The position numbers and the translations under genes are program-made. A DNA stretch of 64,000 bases, from the NCBI RefSeq assembly GCF_018977255.1, contig NW_024704743.1, positions 73,844,001-73,908,000 on the forward strand, written 5' to 3'. Positions 1 through 11,989 of this stretch are shown here, one piece after another. Numbering within the stretch: position 1 is the stretch's first letter; each line of letters opens with the position of its first letter. The notes beneath the pieces are model-generated. The model did not search any database, was not told the origin of the DNA, and saw only the letters and a program-made list of their open reading frames with translations. The stretch comes from Callorhinchus milii (Eukaryota).

Positions 1-924
1 CTCTCGGTGTGCTGGCCAACAATCCTCCAGTTAAAATTGATGACTCACTTCATGGCTATTTAGGACATTGCGTGCAAATTAGTTGCTATTTTCGCCTAGA
101 ATAAATCTTGTGAAGCACTTCACAAGTGCCTGGTCACGTCATCAAAATGCCTCAAAGGCAAGGATTATTATAAATGATAGATAGGTCATATAACAGTAAC
201 TTTCACAGTTTTCGTGGTTCACGTGATGGCTTCAGCCTAGTAGCAAACAGTTTGTAAACAATTTAGCAATTCTCAGTGTCCTTTAAAAAAATAACAGTTT
301 GAGGTATTTACACATGTATGAGTCTAAGCCAGTTTTAAAATAATTGCCAATACGTAGGATAAAACTAACGTGTTAGTGTTTCTGCTGCACCAAATAAAGT
401 ACTGAATGAAAACAGCCTGTGTCAGAGTGAATCCCAAGGAAGTGAGAGACTCTCATCGGGCTCAGATATAGTCCATGATTAACATTGATTTTCCTTACTG
501 TTGTCCATGAAATGTCTGTACTGTACTTTTAGTCAGTAGCCTGTAATATAGTGCCCTGAAATCCTTAAATGTGTCCTGTTTATTTGGGTTTCGCATTATT
601 TAAATTTTTGAGTGAGTTCCGATTCGCCTGGGTAGGTCTCAGCTTTGGGCTTGCGTCCACTTGGAACTAACTCCAGATTGCTTAAACCAATTTGATTGAG
701 GAATCTAAGGAGAACAGCTGTAGGTTGTCATCAAATCCTTACTTGGATTGATTAAACCCATGTTTGCATTCATTTTCCCCATTGACATCAACAATGTTTA
801 CTGCAAGCATTGACATATAAGGAAGCGTCAGCTTTAGGGAACTATGGACAATATAAAAGTAGAGACTTAAGGATATCAGGAATCCATTAGAGTGTGAAGT
901 TCTTCAAACTTAGAGAATGAGCAG

Positions 925-1286
925 ATAATAATAATAATAATCCTTCCATTTGATATAGTGCCTTATCACGACTTTGAGGCGTCTCAAAGTGCTTCAGAGG
1001 ATACACTGTATAGTGACTGTATTTTATGGGTGAATGTGGCATCCAATTGCACACAGCAGTGACCCACAAACAGTTGTGGATTGAGTTATCAAATTAATTT
1101 TTTGGAGGGATTATTACCCCCAGAAAGCGATCTGCCAATCGATTGACAATCGGGTTCCTACTTACTGTTAGGTAAACAGAGTCACGTGGAGTAAGGAAAC
1201 TTGCCTATTGTTTCTGCCTGCCCGCAAATTGAACCCAGGTCCTTTCACTTGTGAGGCAAGTGCTCTAACCACTAAGCTCCAGGATT
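925..1286 (-). mobile_element. tRNA-derived SINE (long form) with L2-type 3' tail and (TTA)n end
   Basis: Reverse complement has A/B-box head (agcttagtggttagagc...ggttcaattt), body aagtttccttactccac, and tail ...atcaaatggaaggattattatt, matching other copies in the window. Confidence 0.85.
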
Positions 1287-1430
1287 AATATGTCTAAATA
1301 CAATTATCATCATTCTGCCACATGTTCCAGTTGTTGGTCAGTTGGTTAATAAATTTGTGATGTGATGCACCATGAGGCATACTCAAGTGTAAATTAAATG
1401 GCAACTTTTATTTTTGGTGTTTGGGTACAG

Positions 1431-1556
1431 GTCAGGTGTTTACTGCCGGCGTGGTTGAGATTTTAGATGGCTACGACTTCAGAGCCTTGATACGGAAAGT
1501 GAAAGGAGAAAGGCAGACTGGAGTGGCTCCTGCTGAATACGATGACAGCTTCCTGG
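1431..1556 (+). CDS. ITGA8: Integrin alpha-8 internal exon (probable exon 7), 126 bp, phase 1-1
   Basis: tacag|GTCAG...CTGG|gtgagt; translates GQVFTAGVVEILDGYDFRALIRKVKGERQTGVAPAEYDDSFLG, close to human ITGA8 GQVITASVADIIANYSFKDILRKLAGEKQTEVAPASYDDSYLG (recalled). Confidence 0.95.
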
Positions 1557-2419
1557 GTGAGTCTCTGCTGTGGGAATGAGGAGATTGTGCTGAGCAGGTT
1601 TAGTAGCTGACTGGAAAAGAACATTATCAAAAGAGTGGGCATTATTACTGAATTTATCTTTTTACTGAGATTGCTTCTTTTGAACACACATAACAGAAAA
1701 TCAGCACAGGCCAGTCATGCCTTTATTAGTCTGTTTGCTTCAGGAAAGAATCTGTTTCCAGCCCATTCCAGCACCAAACCTCTACATTCTACTTACGCCT
1801 CAACCTGGAAATTGTCCATTTAGTGTTTGCTTGCATTCTATTCCAAGAAATTGCAAATAGAGGAGAAGATCTAGACCCTTAAGTTATGCTAAGTTACACT
1901 TAGTTCTCTGAATCCCATTTTACAATAAAATAATACATAGAGCATAATACATTGAAATGTCCCAAAGCACTTCACAGAGTATTCTGTAAAGTGTAATGAC
2001 TCCGTTTTCTTGGTGAACATGGCAGCGAAGTTGTGAACAATGTTCAATGAAGCCAGGGGCATATTTGGGATTTTTTGGATAAGTAAATGCCAGGGTCCAC
2101 AACCCAACTAAAAGCAAATCCATGTTATAGTAAAGAGATTTCTCACGGGATTGTGCTGTACATACTTAGAGCTAACTGAGGCTGAAAATGCAATGTTCAC
2201 TACTTAGATTCACAGACAGGGACTCTAAATCGCAAAGGATGACTCATGCAAGTAACCAGATGTCCACTCTGCCAACCCACAGGAACTCTACTCTGATGAG
2301 CTCCTGGAAGTTCATTGCATCAAAGCAGAGTTCTGTACCGTTTGTGATTGCTACCTGCTTTATATTATGAAGCATCTGGTTTTCCATGTTTTATTTTTTG
2401 CCAGTATTGGTCTAAGTAA

Positions 2420-2700
2420 GACAGCATTCTTGCCTCTGAGTTTGAAGTTTGTTGGCTGGGGATGTTGAGCTCATACACTTGGCAGACATTCCAGTGCAGT
2501 GTTGGGTGGGTGCCGGATAGTTAGAGGCGGCGTCCTATAGATAAGGCATTAAATTGAGGTCCTTTTTGTCTGTTCGGGTGGATGTTAAAGAACCTGTGAT
2601 ACTATTCAAGTAGTGAGTTTCTCTGGGTGCCCTGGCCAACGGGATAAATTAGTATTTCACCAACTAGTTGTCAGTGAGATATTACTGTGTGCCAATTATA
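2420..2700 (+). mobile_element. Old Deu-domain SINE (SacSINE1/AmnSINE1-like), degraded
   Basis: cttgcctctgag...ccagtgcagt...ggtggatgttaaagaacctgtgatactattc...cctggccaac resembles the Deu-SINE consensus as recalled; further pieces at about 1-170, 4270-4540, 15030-15300 (-), 37210-37615, 62375-62660 (-). Confidence 0.7.
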
Positions 2701-3160
2701 ATAATCCTCATTAATTAATAATCCTTGCATTCAATATAGGAGGATGTCTCCAAGTGCTTAATAGGATTTACTATAAAATATAAATTCACCTATAAAATGT
2801 AGTGACTACATTTTATAGGTGAATGTGGCAGTCTTTGTCGACAGCAATGTCTCACAAACAGCCAAAAACAGTTTCACAAATTGCCTGCCTTCTTTGCCTA
2901 CAATTACACTTAAGAGTAATTACTATGAAGTATTTTGACATTATAGGCACTGTATCCAATGCAAGGATTATTTTTAATTCCAAAGGCCTTGATCTTTTCA
3001 GTATCTTTTGTGAGGGACCTTCAAGGAAAGGTAGGATGTATAATATCAATTACAATTTACTCATCCAATAAAATAAACATCTTCAGGCAACCTCTTTCTT
3101 TTATAAATTATCATTCAGCACTTAAGTCTTCAAAGAAAATTAGCTGATCACAATAGGGGT

Positions 3161-3510
3161 TTTCCTGTGGCGTATTGGTTAGCGCACTCACCTTGCAAGC
3201 AAGAGGACCTGAGTTCAATTCCTGGGTGGGACGAAACCTTCGGCAGATTTCCTTACTCCACACGTGTCTGTTTACCTAGCAGTAAGTCGGAACCCGGTTG
3301 TTAGTGGATTGGCGGATCACTTTCCGAGGGTAATATTCTTTCACCCCCACCCACCCCAAAATTGATCATTCAATCCAAGATTGTTTGTGGGACACTGCTC
3401 TGTGCAATTGGCTCACAAAATACACAGTCAATCCATTTTACAATATATTCCTTGAAGCCCTTTGAGAAGTCTCAACGACTTGATAAGGCAAGGATTATAA
3501 TTATTATTAT
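3161..3510 (+). mobile_element. tRNA-derived SINE (long form)
   Basis: Head tggcgtattggttagcgcactcaccttgcaagcaagaggacctgagttcaattcc; same body and (TTA)n tail as other copies. Confidence 0.88.
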
Positions 3511-6500
3511 TTTTATTTATTTTTATCAGTACATTTAATGCAATTGTAATAATAATCCTGACATTTGGTATTGCGCCTTTCACATCAGGGTGACATCTCA
3601 AGGTGCTTCAAAAGATATATTGCAACATGGAGTGACTATGTTTTGTGGCCAAACACAGCAGCCAATTTGCACACAGTAAACCTAAGTAAACGTACCAAGA
3701 AGCAGAGGACAATCCATCCTACCCACCAGACAGTATTTATACAGATCCTATAAATGTGAGCATTACATAAACACAATTACTGGAAGAATATTAGTCTGAA
3801 TGTTGTGGTTCACAAAGTTTTTTGGGATTACACAACATGACAAAATGGTGGCCATCTGGGGCCCAATTCGGAATGACCATTAACTCAAAGCAGACAAGCA
3901 CATTAAAGTGACCTGGACTGAGTTACCAATGTATTGAAGTGAGCAGCTTTGTTAAGTCATAAAGAGCTAGTGTTGGCATCGGTAGCTGAACACACAGCTT
4001 TGCAGAGTTGAATCAAAGCCACGAGTTGAATCAAGCACATCTATAATCTATCTTAGTGATAGAATGTTGGTTGTGTTTTAATTTAATCAAGTTCAGATCA
4101 TTCTGGTCACATGAAGTAGTGCAAATTGATGTGGGTAGTATATTAATAATAATAATAATCTTTGTTTTTGATATTGCGCTTTTCATGTCAAGAGTATGTC
4201 TCACCAGACATACTGTAAAGTGTAGCGATTGTGTATTTTGTAAGCGAATAAAGAAATAGACAGAAGTTGATGAAGATTATTATAGATATCTCATCCGTCC
4301 TTCAGATGAGATATAAAACTGGCACTTATTTGAAAAGAGAAGGGAGTTTCTCCCAGTGTCCTGGCCAACAATCCCCCAAATTAAAAAAAAATTGGTCACT
4401 TATTTGCAATATTCCAATTTGTGGAACATTGCAGTGTACAAATTGGTTGACTAGTTAGCATTAAAAAAAGTTACTACACTTGCAGGTAAATCCTGTGAAG
4501 TGGGTTGAAGGTGCTATTTCAATTACAAAGATTATTATTGTTATTAATTAATAATTGAGGAAACGCATCATGTATGTACTGATCGGAAAACAATACATCC
4601 ATGATATCCAATGCAAAAAACAATTTAAATATCAGTACTTCCTTGAACAAAATTCAAAATGAATTATTCTACATAGGGAGTGATGAATGTGTGGAATAGA
4701 CTATCTACAGGGAGGCAGATTGTGCCAGCAATTGCCAGAGAGAATTAGACAGCTAACCTTGAATAAATGAACAAAAGGTATGATAGCTATGGATAGTGTT
4801 GTGTCTGTTTCATTGCCTTTGGGACCGATCATATGGATCGCCAAGTCTTTGACAAAACTGCCCATTCCTTTGTTACCATACAATGGAGCTTGTATTAAAC
4901 ATTTTAAACAATAACTGTTTTTGATAACGGATCAGGGAAAAATAATTTCCTTTGTAAATGAACCAGTAACCAGTGACATAGGTTTATGGTCATTGCTAAA
5001 AGATGAAAAGGAGAGTTTAGAAGAATTTATTTTACACTAGAATGGTAGTTGGGGGGCAGAAATCTTATTAGTTTTTATTAATAATAATCCTTACATTTGA
5101 TGTAGCACTTTTTACATCAGGAGGATGTCTCAAAGCGCATCACATGATATATTGTAAAATGGAGTGATTGTGTATTTTGTGGGTGAGCTCACAAAAGGGA
5201 ATTAGATAAATATCTGAAAAGAAGAAGTAAAAAAAAGGGAAAAAGCAGAAGATTGAGAGTAAAAAAATTGACTCTTTTAAAGAGCCAGCACAGGCACAAT
5301 GGGCCAAATAAACTCTTCCTCTGCTGTTTTGTACTGTTCCATGGTTTTAACTTATAACTGAACGTGCAACATAGTTGAACCTAGTCTTAAAATAGCAAGG
5401 ATTTTTCTCACAATACATTTAATATAATGAATGGCTTCCAGCTGGTTTCATTTGGTACTTAAAATTGCTTATACTGTGTCCTTTGTATCTTCTGTAAATG
5501 AGGTGAAGCCTTGACTCTTCTGGCATGACTGAGAAATGCATTTGCTGTTCACCACAGGAGCTAATGTAAATGTAGCCTGGACGAGTTAATGACTGTTAGA
5601 AAGAAGCTTGTTTAATAGGTCACAAAAATGTCTCACTTATCCAGAGTGGAAATTTGGTCTTCAGGGAAATGTTTTCGTGAAGTGTTTTTAATACTGTACT
5701 TCTAAACTAAGATGTTGATTCCTGGTAATAGTTAACAACTTGACAGTGAGTGTGTGGGAATGCATGTTTTTTCAAGAGAAAGATTTTTTCAGTGATGAAT
5801 TGCCAGGAAAAATGGCCAGTTTGTTGAGACATGTCTTATTGTGAAAATGTAAGGAGCCTATGCCTCCTAAAGGGAGTTGCTTTTATTGTTAAAATTTAAT
5901 ATGAGCTAAAATTATAATCCTTATAACAATCCTTCCATTTTCTATAATGCCTTCCATGACAGGAGGACGTCTCAAAGTGTTTCACAGGATATACTGTAAA
6001 GTGCAGTGACTGTACTCATGCATTTGATATGGTGCCTCATCAAAACATCTCAGAGTGCTTCACAGATAATAAACGACAATACAATTTACATTTATAGAGC
6101 ACACATTTCAACTAGGGAGGATATCTCAAAGTGCTTCACAATGCTGTAGATCAGGTGCGGTTTGACCTATTGGCTGCTGACAGCCAGACGCTGGATTTGA
6201 GAAATGTCCGCAGGCCGAATAAGCAATGTTTTGTCCACAAAATATACAGTCAATTCACTTTACAGTATATTCTGTGAAGCGCTTTGAGATGTCTCAAAGA
6301 TGTGATAGGGCACTATATCAAATGCAAGGATTATTAATATTTTATCCTGATTGGCCAGTCTCATTGCAATTACACTGCTCCGCCAACATTGTATTGGACT
6401 GTCGGCCTGGACTATGAGCTCAATTGGAGTACTGGGTTCCAAACCCACAACTTTCTGATGATGTCTAGATCTATTCCCATGAAGTACATACAACTGCCAT

Positions 6501-6795
6501 GCTGTTCTTTGGGTCTTGGTCATCATCTCCAGACCCGCTAGAGTTGTTATCTGTGCTGCATGGCTTGATGAGACAAAGGTTATCATAGATTTATCACTCT
6601 AACACATTTCCTAAAGGTCATGACACTGTCAACTGAGCAGTATTGGAATGAGAGCTACATCCCTTGAGGAATGTGTATTCCTCGACTAATGCCAGAGATT
6701 TATAATGCCAGAATTACTTATCTTCAGAAGAATTTCCCCTTTTTTTTCTCTCCAAGACATTGAGAAGTCACTCAAACATGTTCTGTTTTAGAAGA

Positions 6796-6871
6796 AAATT
6801 TTTATATTGTCTTTTTATTCTACTGATGACTCCAAATTTTTATATTGTCTTTTTATCCTACTGATGACTCC
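6796..6871. repeat. 38-bp tandem duplication, 2 copies, 1 mismatch
   Basis: aaatttttatattgtctttttat(t/c)ctactgatgactcc twice. Confidence 0.9.
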
Positions 6872-7809
6872 ACATTTTTGTCCTTATCATTGAGTAAAAC
6901 TAACCTGTCTAAACCCAACTCACATGCCTTATTAGTAGGTGAACAATCATCACTTTATTATTATCATAATAATACTTGCATTTGATATAGTGTTTTATCA
7001 AGCTGTCTCAGAGCTTTTCACAGGATATATTGCAAAGTGGTTAGGAAAAGGTGACAACCAAGGATCTAGATGTTATATCTCTGTGTCAAAACATCACAAA
7101 GCACTTGACAACTATTCTAGTCAAATAAAGAGGGGGAAAGATGGAAAGATTGAGACAAGGAGTTCCAAAGAAGGACACACAAATGCACTGGAGAATCAGC
7201 CTAAACTATGAAGATATAGGACTTGAACCAACAATCTTTTGACCCAGACTGAGACTGCTGCCAACTGAGGCAGGATAATTTTGTTTGGTGTTTGGTATGT
7301 CTCTCTCTCCAACATATCGGGATTTTGTGCTCTTTTTGAATGAAATGCGCTTGAACTTGTTGCATATTAAGTTTGCACAGGTTTAGTAAAGAACGGGCAA
7401 AGATCAGCCAACATAAATGCGACATTTTCAAATTTAGGTTCTGCGAAGATGCGATCAACCATGAGTAGACAATTGACCCAATAATACGTTCCTCTCTGGC
7501 TATAGCTTGTGTTGCTACATGACTGAAGAAGAAAAAGTGAAACTTGAAGTCACTTGTACTTTACTTGCCCAATTTAACATGTTCCATTGACTTCAAAATC
7601 AGTCTTCCATGACATATGCAGTTATTTGGTTAATTTGGGCAGTTAAACTTCTGTATTTGTGAATGCATTGAATCGAGTCCAGTGCCCTGATTATTTGTTT
7701 CTTTATGAAAGCAATTACATTATTTTCAGCTACATTGTCTTTGTGTTTAAATTCAGGCTGTATTTTAGTTTTGTGACAATAAATGTAAGTATTTAAAAAG
7801 AGCAATATA

Positions 7810-8290
7810 ATACAATTTACAATACAGTTTCCATTTATATAGCACCTTTCATATTGGAAGCATAAGAACATAAGAATTAGGAGCAGGAGTAGGCCATTCG
7901 GCCCCTCTAGCCTGCCCCGCCATTCAGTAAGATCATGGCTGATCTATTCTAACTCCACCTACCCGCCTTATCCCCATATCCCTTAATCCCTTTATCCACA
8001 AGAAATCTATAAATCTCAGTCTTGAATGTCTCAAAGTGCTTGATACTGTTGATTGGGCACCCAAAGTGAGGGTGGGAGTCGAAGGGTGTGGGGATTGGAT
8101 ATATGACTGAAATCGGTGTCAATGAGATATATTCTGAGACAGGCCTTGAATGAGGAAACGGAGGGACTCGGGGAGGGAGTTGCAAAATGTGGGGGCAGAA
8201 TGACTGAAAGCTTGTCCAACAATAGTGGAGTGCATAGGGCAGGTGGGGGCTAGGTGGGTCAGATGAACATGAAGCAGGCAGGTACCTACT
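7810..8290 (-). mobile_element. L2 3' fragment with a CR1 3' end (about 7860-8028) inserted in it
   Basis: cataagaacataagaattaggagcaggagtaggccattcggccc is a CR1 tail; it interrupts the L2 tail ccatttatatagcacctttc...tgtctcaaagtgc; flanking ORF fragment STIVGQAFSHSAPTFCNSLP is L2 C-terminus. Confidence 0.8.
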
Positions 8291-8677
8291 ATGAAAAACT
8301 CCATTCAATGGCTATATTTTATATAGAGTTCAAAAGATAGGTCCCAGAAAATGGGGGTGATTTACTGCCTGGTCAGTAATTTTTGCCACTCAGTTTTTAG
8401 GTGTGTTGTCTCATTTGGATGGGGTTGATGCCACTTCTGATTTCCCAGCAGACGTTTACAATGAGGACATATTTACAACTTTAGATTCATTTTGCAAGCT
8501 TTAAAGAACTTTATACCAAACTGGAAACAAAATGAACATTGAATGTGGGTGAAAATGGCAGATTAGAAGTTCATGTTCCATGCCCACTGATAATCCCTTT
8601 GCTTTCATATGTATGTGTTTTCTTGGGCTGTAATTATTAAAACATGACCATCTGTTGGTAATTCTTTTATCTAACAG

Positions 8678-8722
8678 GATATTCAGTAGCCGTGGGGGAA
8701 TTCACAGGAGACTCAGAACAAG
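8678..8722 (+). CDS. ITGA8: ITGA8 exon (probable exon 8), 45 bp
   Basis: aacag|GATAT...CAAG|gtaaac; (G)YSVAVGEFTGDSEQ(E), FG-GAP Ca-binding loop; phase continues from previous exon. Confidence 0.95.
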
Positions 8723-8892
8723 GTAAACAACTTAATTGACATAGTGGTGACCACCAAAAGCATATATTCATTTATTATGCATTTATTAGTCATTTCCCCT
8801 TCCTTAAAACATCAAAGTGAATTTTAATCTGAGAGGTGTATTCTGTCACATTTACAGCTTACTGACATTTGTTTTCCCTTCTGACTGTATAG

Positions 8893-8936
8893 AATTTGTT
8901 GCTGGAATCCCGAGGGGTGCACAGGCATTTGGATAC
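8893..8936 (+). CDS. ITGA8: ITGA8 exon (probable exon 9), 44 bp
   Basis: tatag|AATTT...ATAC|gtatgt; (E)FVAGIPRGAQAFGY (ITGA8-type AGIPRGAQ). Confidence 0.95.
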
Positions 8937-9125
8937 GTATGTAAAATTATTTTGTTTATCTTTATTTTCCAGTGTAATTGGATTGTTGTTGCTTATAAAT
9001 TTCATCAGTTCAGAACAAGCAGCAAACCCAGTTTATATTTTGCATCTTTTCTTTGTAATTGGTACAATTGTGCTCCTATTTTGGTGGAGTAAGAGTCACT
9101 TGTTTAGTGCTTGGCATCCATCGCC

Positions 9126-9230
9126 ATTCCCCGCCTTCCCCCCCTCTTCCCCATTGCACCCTCCTCCTTTCCCCCCTCCCCTTCCCCCCCCATTCCCCCT
9201 TCCTCCCATTCCCCCTCCCCCCTTCTCTCC
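9126..9230. repeat. C-rich polypyrimidine low-complexity tract
   Basis: About 100 bp of almost only C/T with many C3-C8 runs. Confidence 0.85.
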
Positions 9231-10184
9231 ATGGGTTTCTTCAGCTCAGCTTTTGTAGCTAAGAGGATTGATCAGCAGCCTGATACTACATCTCAGCCAC
9301 TGCAGCTTTGATCTAATCTCTGAGGCTGACCCTTGCCGTCTGCCTGGAGGGAAGTGGCTGGCCTCTTCTTGTAACAAGATCACAAGATTGGTCTGGATGA
9401 AGAAGGACATTTGGCCCATTCATTCAATCTCATTCCTCCAGAACACCCATCCTACCGTCCCCTCATGACTACTTCAAGCTGCTTTTTAAATGAACCCAAT
9501 GTTCTGGCCTCTACCATCTTTCTTGACAAACTGTTCCAGTCGTTGCTTACCCTCTGCATTAAGAAAAACTATTGTGAAATTATAACTCTAAACCTATGGC
9601 TTTTGTTCTACTTTCTGGTTACATCCTAATGCATTGATCTGATCTTATTTTTGCAATCCCATTTAAAATTTTATACACATGAGATTTTCTCTGATGTCTT
9701 CTTCTCAATACTAAATGACTTATCTTTGTAATTAACTCCTTGCCTCAATCGCTCCACCTGGCTCCTTCTTTATATACCTTTAAATCCCACTGAAGACTTA
9801 CCTATTTGACTGCGCCTATGGTCATCTCCCCCTTCCCATCCCCTTCTATCTTGCCTGGTGCTCCACTCCCCAACCCCCCCGCTGTACAGCACACAGCACT
9901 CTGAGGCACTACCCTAAGTGAAGGGCATTTTATAAATGCAAGTTGTTGTTGCTATGACTTCTTCTCCTGGATAGTATGGCGGAGCTAAGTATGCGTAAAC
10001 CCATGTACTTTCATTTTGTAATGTAGTGTTGATGCTCCAACAAGTGACACTACTTTAGTTTTCAATTTAAAAAACTAGTTGCACATGTTATCATTAATAT
10101 TCAGTTCATCGCCTGCACAGAGTTAAATGCTTGAATTCACAGAAAATATGACTGGTTGCTAATCTAAATGTACTTCCCTTCCAG

Positions 10185-10241
10185 GTTGCCATCTTAAATG
10201 CAACGGATATGACCTACATTTTGAACTTTACTGGTGAACAG
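10185..10241 (+). CDS. ITGA8: ITGA8 exon (probable exon 10), 57 bp
   Basis: tccag|GTTGCC...ACAG|gtaaaa; VAILNATDMTYILNFTGEQ, with two N-glycosylation sequons (NAT, NFT). Confidence 0.95.
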
Positions 10242-10389
10242 GTAAAACATCTGTTAATTTTATTGAAGCCTTGAAATGATTGCACTCTCCTCCTTGGGGG
10301 AGGGAGGTAAGCAGGATCTCCTTGGAGCTGAACTGTTCAAAGGTGACATGCCTGGCAACAGAATGTCAGAATATACATAAATGCAAGGT

Positions 10390-11010
10390 CCTACATATAG
10401 GAAATAATAGGAAATATATAGGAAACATATGTACTCCATTGATGGGATAGGACTTGCCAAGGGGGAAGTTGAAGGTAAGCTAAGGGTGTTAGTTGACTTG
10501 TTGCTCACTATGTCAAAACTGTATGAGGCAGCAATAAATAAGGTAAGCCGGATGCTGGGCTGTATTGCTAAATCAGTTGAGTTTAGATCCCAGATGCCAT
10601 ACTCAAACTATATCATGCTCTGGATGGTCAGCCCATAGCTAGACTGCTGTATACAGTTCTGGTTACCACAGCATAGAGAGCTGCTCAGGCCCTAGAGGCA
10701 GTGCAAAGGAGAGCAACAAGGATCATCTTTCATTTTAAGGCATTTGCTATGAGTAAAGATTAGATGAGCTAGTAGAACAAAAGGTTTAGAGTTGGAAACG
10801 GCAATTTCAGGACACACATCAGGAAGTTTTTCTTTGTTTGTACTTAACAACTGGAAATGGTTGCCAGGAGGGAAGGGTGGTTGAAGCCAGGACACAGGAC
10901 TCATTTAAAAACAGCTTGATGCTCTGATGGGAGAACATTAGGGTTGGTATTTCTGGAAGCAAGAGATCAGATGAGCAAAAGGCTCACTTAGTCCGAATTG
11001 ATATTGTGAT
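10390..11010 (+). mobile_element. Degraded CR1 LINE 3' fragment
   Basis: ORF fragment AAINKVSRMLGCIAKSVEFRS and ccctagaggcagtgcaaaggagagcaacaagg (ALEAVQRRATR) are typical CR1 ORF2 C-terminus. Confidence 0.8.
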
Positions 11011-11692
11011 GGTCTCGGTAGACCAGTTCTTGAGCCAGACAGTTCTGCAGGACTCCAGGGCACTGCTGATGACAGCACAGTTGACCTGGCTCATTGGTAG
11101 GACTTGGAAAAGCAAACCAGTCATTGGGTGAACTCTTTCCACTTAGCTCCTGTTAACACTCCAAGCAAAAACCCGAATGGACAAGCAGCTGGAAAGCTTG
11201 CCAAAGAGTGCTTTCAATTGCAAGCTATGTGGATTTAGCGAGTTAGACTCCAGCAATACCCCAACACATACTCTAGGACCCCCAAGCTGTTACCAAACTG
11301 CATCTAATACCCTCTGGAATTAGGCAAGCAGAGTGCAACCCAACAGAAAATGATTAAGGCGAGATTATTAATCTTACATACAGTGAAGCCTAATTAGAAA
11401 GCAGTCATACTAGACAGAGTCATCAGGTCACCACCAATGTCATTTCCTGTGCGATATGTGTATGCAGCACACAGGAAGTGACATCGGTGTGCCATTTTAT
11501 TCAGGAGTTAACTGGTGTACAAGAAGATAGTTAGCATTGTTATTGTTATCATCAGTCGGGTGGTCAGGGCAACCCCCAGCTGGATTCCATGCACCAGTCC
11601 AGGCTCTGCTCCAGCACCGTAATTATTTTAATTATCATCTGTTATATTTAAAACAAAAGTCAAATAACTACTTTGTGTTTTCCTATCCATAG

Positions 11693-11745
11693 ATGGCTTC
11701 GTACTTTGGATATACAGTGGCGGTCTCCGATATAAACAGGGATGG
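11693..11745 (+). CDS. ITGA8: ITGA8 exon (probable exon 11), 53 bp
   Basis: catag|ATGGCT...GATGG|gtgagt; MASYFGYTVAVSDINRD(G). Confidence 0.96.
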
Positions 11746-11989
11746 GTGAGTAGATAATGTAAAGTGTGAGCAAGTTTTCAATGATTTCAGTGGCAATGGC
11801 CACAGGTTTTCCATAAGAGAGTTTTGCCACTTCATGGCTGTTTATGGTAAATTGGTGTGTACAAATTGGCTGCCACTCATCCATAAAATACAAAGTCATT
11901 GCACTTTACAGTATATCCTGTGAATCTCCAGAATGTATTGGGGGTTGCTGTAATTATGCACATTGCTTGTATAATGAACACTGGCAAAC

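Noticed and set aside
6796..6871. Tandem unit containing CTGATGA, resembling C/D snoRNA boxes or a hammerhead core
   Set aside because: No terminal stem or downstream D box layout, and no stem II/GAAA; a simple local duplication.
8896..9311. Proline-rich ORFs
   Set aside because: Translation artefacts of the C-rich tract in an intron; the real exon ends at 8936.
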